Source of the DNA: an uncultured Acidobacteriota bacterium
Lineage (GTDB): Bacteria; Acidobacteriota; Thermoanaerobaculia; Multivoradales; UBA5704
DNA length: 64,000 nt
Assembly: GCA_963756595.1 (NCBI GenBank)
Contig: CAVWOZ010000040.1
Coordinates: forward strand, 81-64,080
Direction of reading: 5' to 3'
Position 1 is the stretch's first letter. Each line of letters begins with the position of its first letter. The notes below the pieces were generated by a model. That model was not told the DNA's origin. It ran no database searches and saw nothing but the letters and a program-made list of their open reading frames with translations. The translations under genes were made by a program, and so were the position numbers. Positions 59,001-64,000 of this stretch are shown here, one piece after another.

Positions 59001-62000
59001 GGGATGGTCGGCTTCTTCGTCAACACTCTCGCCCTGCGCGCCGACCTCGCCGGCGACCCGCCCTTCCGCGCCCTCCTCGGCCGGGTGCGCGAGTCGGCGC
59101 TGGCCGCCTGGGCCCACCAGGACCTCCCCTTCGAGCGCCTGGTCGAGGAGCTGCAGCCGGACCGCGACCCGTCGCGGAGCCCGCTCTTCCAGGTCCTCTT
59201 CTCCCTCGATCCGTCGCGGGGGAGCGAGCTGGCGCCGGGTCCTCAGCGAATCGCCTGCGAATTGCTGCGGATCGACACTAAGACGTCCAAGTTCGACCTT
59301 TCGCTCTTCCTCGACGACGGCGAGACGGGGCTGACCGCCCTCCTCGAATACGCCGGCGACCTCTTCGACCCCGCCACGGCGATGCGGCTCGGGCGTTCCT
59401 TCCAGCACCTCCTCGCCGGCCTGGCGGCGGAGGGAGCGGGCTTGCAGCTCTCAGCGCTGCCGCTGCTGGACGCCGGGGAGCGCTGGCAGATCGTCGGCGA
59501 GTGGAACGAGCCGGGCCCCGGCCTGACCGAGGAGACCTGCCTCTACGACCTGGTGGCCGCCCAGATGGCGCGCACCCCGGAGGCGACGGCGCTCGTCTTC
59601 GGCGAGGAGCGCCTCACCTACCGCGAGCTGGGCGCCCGCGCCACGCGGATGGCGCGGCGGCTCGCCGCGCTCGGCGTCGGACCCGAGGTGCGGGTGGGGG
59701 TCTGCCTGTCGCGCACGCCGGCGCTGGTCGCCACCCTGTTCGGCATCGTCCAGGCCGGTGGCGCCTACGTGCCGCTCGACCCCTCCTATCCCTCGGAACG
59801 GCTGGGCTTCATGCTCGACGACGCCGGACCCGCCGTCCTGGTCACCGAACGGGCGCTGGCGCCGCGGCTGCCCGCCTGCGGCGCCCGCCTCCTGGTGCTC
59901 GACGACGAGAATGGGGAAGAGGGTACGGCCGAGGCGACGCCCCGTCGCCCGCTGGCGGACAACCTCGCCTACCTGATCTACACCTCGGGGTCGACCGGGC
60001 GGCCGAAGGCGGTGGCGATCGCGCACCGCAACGCCGTGGCGCTCGTCCGCTGGTCGCACGCCATGTGGAGCCCGGCGGAGATGGCCGCGGTCCTCGGCTC
60101 GACCTCGATCTCGTTCGACATGTCGGTCTTCGAGCTGTTCGCCACCCTCTCGATGGGCGGCCGGGTGATCCTGGTCGAGAACATCCTGGCGCTGGCCGAC
60201 CTCCCCGACGACAGCGGCGTGACGCTGATCAACACCGTCCCCTCGGCGCTTGCGGCAATGACCGAGGTCGTGCGCGCGCTGCCGCCGACGGTGCGCACGG
60301 TGAACCTCGGCGGCGAGCCGCTCAAGGGGGCGTTGGCGCAGGCTCTCTACACCCCGGGGGTCGAGCGGGTGGTCAACCTCTACGGCCCGTCGGAGGACAC
60401 CACCTACTCGACCTTCGAGGTGGTGGAGAAGGGGAGCCGTCGCGAGCCGACGGTCGGCCGGGCGATCACGGGGAGCTGGATCCGCCTGCTCGACCGCGAC
60501 CTCGCGCTGGTCCCGATGGGGGTGGCCGGCGAGGTCTATCTTGGGGGCGCCGGCCTCTCCCGCGGCTACTTCGGCCGCCCCGAGCTGACCGCCGCCCGCT
60601 TCGTCCCCGATTCGCTGCCGGACGCCGCGCCCGGCGCGCGCCTCTATCGCACCAGCGACCTGGCGCGCTTCCTCCCCGACGGCCGCCTGGACTACCTGGG
60701 GCGCCTCGACCACCAGGTCAAGGTGCGCGGCATCCGCATCGAGCTGGGAGAGATCGAGGCAGCGCTGACGGCGATCCCCGGCGTGCGCGAGGCGGTGGTG
60801 GTGGCGCTCGGCGAGCCCGGGGGCGACCGCTCCCTCGCGGCCTACGTTGTGGCGGAGGACGGGGCGACCCTCACGGCCGGCGAGCTGCGCGATGCCCTCC
60901 GCGCCCGCCTCGCCGAGCCGATGGTCCCCTCGACGTTCACCCTCCTCGCGCGGCTGCCGCTGTCGCCGAACGGCAAAGTGGACAGGAAGGCGCTGCCGGC
61001 CCCCGACGCCTCGCCGGAGGCCGGGCCAGCCGCGGCGCGCGGCGCCGTCGATCCGCGGGTCGAGATCCTGGCCGGGATCTGGGCCGAGGTGCTGGGGCGC
61101 GACGACCTCCCCGGCCCCGACGAGAATTTCTTCGAGCTGGGCGGCCACTCCCTCCTCGCCACCCGCGTGGCCTCGCGGATCCGCGCCGCGTTCGGCGTCG
61201 AGCTGCCCCTGCGCGCCCTCTTCGCGGCGCCGACCCTCGCGGCCCTGGACGCCGCCGTGGCGGCGCACCAAACCGCGGCAGAAAACGCGGCCGAAGGCGC
61301 GGTGGCCGACGTTCCGATCACGGCCACAGCCGATCGCGCGGACCTCCCCCTCTCCTTCTCGCAGCAGCGCCTCTGGCTGCTCGACCAGCTCGAGCCCGGC
61401 TCGCCGGTCTACAACCTGCCGCAGCCGTTCCTCCTCCGCGGCCCCATCGACGCCGCCGCGCTGACCGCGTCGCTCGCCGAGGTGGTCCGCCGCCACGAGG
61501 TGCTGCGGACGACCTTAGCCGCGGCTGGAGATGGCGAGCCGCGGCTGGTGGTGGCCGCGCCCGGCGCGTTCCCCCTCCCTCGCGTCGACCTCACGGCATT
61601 GCCGGAGCCGGCGCGTACGGCCGAGGCCGTCCGGCTGAACGACCGCGAAGCCGCGGCGAGCTTCGATCTGTTGCGCGGGCCGCTCTTCCGGGCGACGCTG
61701 CTGCTCCTCGCTTCCGGCGAGCACCACCTGCTGCTCGCGATGCACCACATCGCGGGCGATGGCTGGTCGATCGAGGTCCTGCTGGCGGAGCTCTCGGCGC
61801 TCTATCAGGCGTTCGCCGCGAGGCGGCCTTCGCCGCTGCCGGAGCTCGCCCTCCAGTACGCCGACTACGCAGCCTGGCAGCGCCGCTGGCTCGCCGGCCC
61901 GCTGATGGATGCCCAGCTCGCCTACTGGCGGGGGCGGCTCGCCGGCGCCCCCGAGGCACTCGATTTGCCGACCGACAAGCCGCGCCCGGCGGTCGAGACC

Positions 62001-64000
62001 TCGCGCGGCGCCGTGCTCACCCGCGCGCTGCCGCCGGCCCTCGCCACCGCCGTGCGTCTTCTCTCCCGGCGGCAGGGGACGACCCTCTTCATGACCGTGC
62101 TGGCGGCCTTTGCGGCGCAGCTCCAGCGCTACGCCGGCGCCGACGACCTCCTCCTCGGCTCGCCGGTCGCCAACCGCGGCCGGGGTGAGATCGAGGGGCT
62201 GATCGGCTTCTTCGTCAACCTGCTGGTGCTGCGCGTCGACCTCGCCGGCGAGCCGGACCTCGCGACCCTCCTCGCCCGCGTCCGCGAGACGGCGCTCGGC
62301 GCCTACGCCCATCAGGACGTGCCGTTCGAGCGCCTGGTCGAGGAGCTGGCGCCGCAGCGCAGCCTGGCGAGGAGCCCCCTGTTCCAGGTGCAGCTCGTGC
62401 TCGGGGTCGGGGAGCGCTCGCGCGAGCTGGCCCCCGGGCTGCCGATGACCCCGCTGCCGGTCGAGAACCGCACCGCCAAGTACGACCTCACCCTCGGCCT
62501 CGACGTCGACGGGAATGGCCTCCTCGCCACCCTCGAGTACCGCACCGACCTCTTCGAGACGGCCACCATGGCGCGCTGGCTGGGGCACTTCGAGGCCCTT
62601 CTGAGTGCGATGGTGACGATGACGGAAGGGCCGGTGCTGGCCCTGCCGTTCCTCGCCCTGCCGGAGCGCCAGATCCTGCTCCACGAGTGGACCGACACCG
62701 CGGATGTCACAGGGGGCGAGCCGGGGGAGCTGATCCACGCCTTCTTCGAGCGCCAGGCCCGGCGCACCCCGGAGGCGATCGCCCTGGTGGCCGGCGACAC
62801 CGGGCTCACCTACGCCCAGCTCGACGCGGCGGCCAACCGCCTGGCCCGCCACCTGCGCGCCCTCGGGGTGGGGCCTGAGGTGCCGGTGGCGGTCTGCCTC
62901 GAGCGCACCGCGGAGCTGGTGGTGGCCCTCTTCGCCATCCTCAAGGCCGGCGGCGCCTACGTGCCGATCGACCCGGCGTACCCGGAAGCGCGCCGGCGGG
63001 TCCTGATGGCCGACTCCCGGGCCGCCTTCGCCCTCACCAGCGAGAAGCTCCTGCCGCTCCTGGCCGGCGGCACCGCTCGGGCCGTCTGCCTCGACGGCGC
63101 GGCGGAAGGAGACGCGGTCGCCGCGCAAAGCGCGGACCCTCTGCCGCCGCTCACTTTCCCCGGCAGCCTGGCCTACCTGATCTACACCTCGGGGTCGACC
63201 GGGCGTCCCAAGGGGGTGGCGATCGAGCACCGCAGCGTCGCCGTACTGATCCACTGGACTCGCGCCACGTTCAGCTCCGCGGAGCTGGCGGGGGTGCTCG
63301 GCTCGACCTCGATCTGCTTCGACATGTCGGTCTTCGAGATCTTCGGCACCCTCGCCTGGGGCGGGACCGTCCACCTGGTCGACAACGCCCTCGCCCTGGC
63401 CGCGATGCCCGCGGAGGAGAAGCGCCGGCTGACGCTGATCAACACCGTCCCCTCGGTGATGGCCGAGCTGGTCCAGCTCGGCGCCGTGCCGGCCACGGTG
63501 CGCACGGTGAACCTGGGTGGCGAGGCGGTGCCGCAGGGGCTGGTCGACCGCCTCTTCGCGCCGGGAACCGTCGAGCGGGTGATCAACCTCTACGGTCCCT
63601 CCGAGGACACCACCTATTCGACGTGGGCTTCCTTGGCGAGCGGCGTGGCGCCGACGATCGGGCGCACGGTGACCGGCTCCCGCGCCTACGTCGTCGACCG
63701 CCGGCTGGCCCTCGCCCCGTTGGGCATCCCCGGCGAGGTGGTGCTCGCCGGTGCCGGCCTCTCGCGCGGTTATTACGGACGCCCGGAGCTGACCGCCGAG
63801 CGCTTCCTCCCCGATCCCTTCGCGGGCCAGCCGGGGGGGCGGATCTACCGCACGGGCGACCTGGCGCGGTATCGGATGGATGGCGAGCTCGACTACCTGG
63901 GGCGGATCGATCACCAGGTCAAGCTGCGCGGCTTCCGCATCGAGCTGGGGGAGGTCGAGGCGGTGCTCGCCTCCCACCCGGCGGTCGAGCGGGCGGTCGC
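53100..64000 (+). CDS. multimodular NRPS (A-PCP-C-A-PCP-C-A-PCP-C-A...), truncated by the window end
   Basis: Not in the ORF track, consistent with no stop before the window end. Manual translation from TTG 53100 (MATPDSTVHELFAAQ) gives four YTSGSTG A domains, three GGHS PCPs, and C motifs HHAVFDG (~55377), HHVAFDG (~58548) and HHIAGDG (~61743), all in one frame. Confidence 0.92.
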   Translation, partial: MATPDSTVHELFAAQARRTPRAVALASDDEAITYAELEKRSNRLARRLASLGVGAEVRVGLCLDRSLDRVVATLAILKAGGAYVPLDPNYPAARLDYLLRDTAAPVVIADERGRAVLPATAAIVLSLDLEREALAAESPEALAEERSAGPDGLAYVIYTSGSTGLPKGVAVRHQSIVRLVTDCRYAHLGPDEVLLQLSPFSFDPSTFEIWGALLNGGRLVMPPPGTLSLAAIGEIVARHRVTTLWLTSGLFHQMVETDLAALRPLRQLLAGGDALSAPRCRRVLAELPGTRLINGYGPTESTTFAACAALTDPAQLEPSVTIGVAIPGTTIDLLDGNLGRVAAGEAGEIFIGGRGLARGYLDRPALTAERFVPHPFGAPGERLYRTGDLARLRADGELEFLGRIDGQLKVRGFRIEPEEVEAALLVHPWVRDAAVLVIAHPRGDKQLAACVVLAEKTLAEAANGGEDLAAELRPFLGARLPEPLVPSLYRALPELPLTANEKVDRRALARPELWAEPEVPEPSHQRRDPVHELLAGIWAEALGRPLGSGDLPFLALGGHSLQATRALARVRAALGVDLPVSALLEAPGLAAFAAEVERELAAGRPPLPAITPRGARPAPPQTGEPLSSGQRRLWFLDRLDPGSPAHNIPLAIDLDGPLDVAVLERSLDAIAARQEALRTLLDAGADGEPVQIVAAPALRPLPLVDLAALPPARRDAERLRLTGEEARRPFDLTPGSRRPLWRAFLVRSTEGEHRLLATFHHAVFDGESIAVLERELAAVYPALLAGGESPLLSLTVQPADVAAWQRRWLNPETLAPHLAYFRERLAGVPAALDLPADRPRPSRRTGRGVSRDLAIPPALDRGVRELARRAGATTFMTLLAAWAAFLRRVTGQEDLVIGSVLAHRDRPELEELIGFFVNTLPLRVASAGDPPFLDLLGTVRAAALGLYAHQDLPLEQLLDKLRPAGGLPLLQAVLALHHNGGRRELAPGLTMAWHEEDTGAAQFDLLLDLEERPEGLAGRLVASADLFTPAAVERLARGWETLLAGAVATPEALVSDLPLLSETERQTLLADWGRSGEEPAWSGSVPARIAALAGADPEAVAVLPADPAAPPLTYGELAARAGRLARHLRERGVGRGVLVGVYAERVPETVIGLLAVLAAGGAFLPLDPTFPPERLELILADARVSLLLARGPLAATLPSGGAEVVLLDEAPAESPSAGPLPEVEPGDLAYVIYTSGSTGRPKGVLIPHRGFLWAIEGLAARSRLGPESRVLQTASASFDASVWETWSALIRGATLVIGSREEILPGAPLLATLRERGITNMFLPPSALAAMPEGASRELSGLVSLVVGGEASSPELVARWAPGRRLWNAYGPTEASICATMARLGEDGETPIGRPIADNRLLVLGRHGEIVPPGVAGELYLGGRGLAFGYLGRPDLTAAAFVPDRFSHDAGARLYRTGDLVRFRADGQLEFLGRADQQVKVRGFRVEPGEIEAQIAEHPQVREVAVIPWAAAAGDLRLAAYVVMAGPDASLDELRAFLRARLPAHMIPSAFRTLPAMPLAPSGKIDRRALPPPLTTDADEAPSAEGFVPPGTPTEELLAGIWGKVLGQSGIGAGDDFFDLGGHSLLVGQVLARVRAAFGVELPVRAAFEARTLAALAARIEAGLKHDSARPPLFRAAHGVGSEPPPLSFAQQRLWFLDRLEPGSPLYNLPVVLRLAGPLDAASLEQAIDEVFRRHEALRTTFTEVGGEPRQIVAPFQPPGLPRVDLSGLPLAAARSEAARLAAREARRPFDLARGPVARASLLGLDAREHHLFFFVHHVAFDGWSVEVLRREMGALYSAFTAGKASPLAEPAFQYGDFAVWQRGCLAGAALEAQLAYWRQRLAGAPSLLELPADRPRPPVRSFRGATLPLAFPAGLTAALRALARSEGATLFMTGLAAFSALLGRFTGQTDLVVGAPVANRAEAGIEGMVGFFVNTLALRADLAGDPPFRALLGRVRESALAAWAHQDLPFERLVEELQPDRDPSRSPLFQVLFSLDPSRGSELAPGPQRIACELLRIDTKTSKFDLSLFLDDGETGLTALLEYAGDLFDPATAMRLGRSFQHLLAGLAAEGAGLQLSALPLLDAGERWQIVGEWNEPGPGLTEETCLYDLVAAQMARTPEATALVFGEERLTYRELGARATRMARRLAALGVGPEVRVGVCLSRTPALVATLFGIVQAGGAYVPLDPSYPSERLGFMLDDAGPAVLVTERALAPRLPACGARLLVLDDENGEEGTAEATPRRPLADNLAYLIYTSGSTGRPKAVAIAHRNAVALVRWSHAMWSPAEMAAVLGSTSISFDMSVFELFATLSMGGRVILVENILALADLPDDSGVTLINTVPSALAAMTEVVRALPPTVRTVNLGGEPLKGALAQALYTPGVERVVNLYGPSEDTTYSTFEVVEKGSRREPTVGRAITGSWIRLLDRDLALVPMGVAGEVYLGGAGLSRGYFGRPELTAARFVPDSLPDAAPGARLYRTSDLARFLPDGRLDYLGRLDHQVKVRGIRIELGEIEAALTAIPGVREAVVVALGEPGGDRSLAAYVVAEDGATLTAGELRDALRARLAEPMVPSTFTLLARLPLSPNGKVDRKALPAPDASPEAGPAAARGAVDPRVEILAGIWAEVLGRDDLPGPDENFFELGGHSLLATRVASRIRAAFGVELPLRALFAAPTLAALDAAVAAHQTAAENAAEGAVADVPITATADRADLPLSFSQQRLWLLDQLEPGSPVYNLPQPFLLRGPIDAAALTASLAEVVRRHEVLRTTLAAAGDGEPRLVVAAPGAFPLPRVDLTALPEPARTAEAVRLNDREAAASFDLLRGPLFRATLLLLASGEHHLLLAMHHIAGDGWSIEVLLAELSALYQAFAARRPSPLPELALQYADYAAWQRRWLAGPLMDAQLAYWRGRLAGAPEALDLPTDKPRPAVETSRGAVLTRALPPALATAVRLLSRRQGTTLFMTVLAAFAAQLQRYAGADDLLLGSPVANRGRGEIEGLIGFFVNLLVLRVDLAGEPDLATLLARVRETALGAYAHQDVPFERLVEELAPQRSLARSPLFQVQLVLGVGERSRELAPGLPMTPLPVENRTAKYDLTLGLDVDGNGLLATLEYRTDLFETATMARWLGHFEALLSAMVTMTEGPVLALPFLALPERQILLHEWTDTADVTGGEPGELIHAFFERQARRTPEAIALVAGDTGLTYAQLDAAANRLARHLRALGVGPEVPVAVCLERTAELVVALFAILKAGGAYVPIDPAYPEARRRVLMADSRAAFALTSEKLLPLLAGGTARAVCLDGAAEGDAVAAQSADPLPPLTFPGSLAYLIYTSGSTGRPKGVAIEHRSVAVLIHWTRATFSSAELAGVLGSTSICFDMSVFEIFGTLAWGGTVHLVDNALALAAMPAEEKRRLTLINTVPSVMAELVQLGAVPATVRTVNLGGEAVPQGLVDRLFAPGTVERVINLYGPSEDTTYSTWASLASGVAPTIGRTVTGSRAYVVDRRLALAPLGIPGEVVLAGAGLSRGYYGRPELTAERFLPDPFAGQPGGRIYRTGDLARYRMDGELDYLGRIDHQVKLRGFRIELGEVEAVLASHPAVERAV

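Noticed and set aside
56075-62188. Plus-strand ORFs of 1068 aa and 895 aa, suggesting a frameshifted NRPS pseudogene
   Set aside because: They are in other frames. The NRPS motifs checked from 53100 to 64000 all fall in one frame.

Overview
This is a very GC-rich bacterial window. A Thermoanaerobaculia-like Acidobacteriota origin is inferred from protein motifs and has not been checked. Positions 1-33.8 kb hold housekeeping and metabolic genes: rne, sufT, two acyl-CoA dehydrogenases, rmuC, a PPIase lipoprotein, a split B12-dependent acyl-CoA mutase with isobutyryl-CoA mutase signature residues, a RomR-like regulator, valS-birA-coaX and mtnC. Accessory genes are interspersed: an orphan flavin-dependent halogenase, an MscS-FHA fusion coupled to a membrane pseudokinase, a secreted metallopeptidase, a VapBC module and an orphan Cys-rich RiPP-like precursor with a phased upstream repeat. 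Several REP-type palindrome families sit in the intergenic regions. From 34.1 kb to the window end lies a large lipopeptide-type hybrid NRPS/PKS cluster of four genes: FAAL-ACP-C-A-PCP-KS-AT-KR-ACP, an embedded CBM9/DUF5916-like outer-membrane protein, KS-AT-ACP-C-A-PCP, and an NRPS (A-T-C-A-T-C-A-T-C-A...) that runs off the window and is absent from the ORF track. The cluster has non-canonical features: an internal KS with active-site Cys->Ser, an A domain lacking Asp235, an AT with an FAGH motif, and a non-collinear junction. All domain calls are by manual motif reading. No database searches were run.
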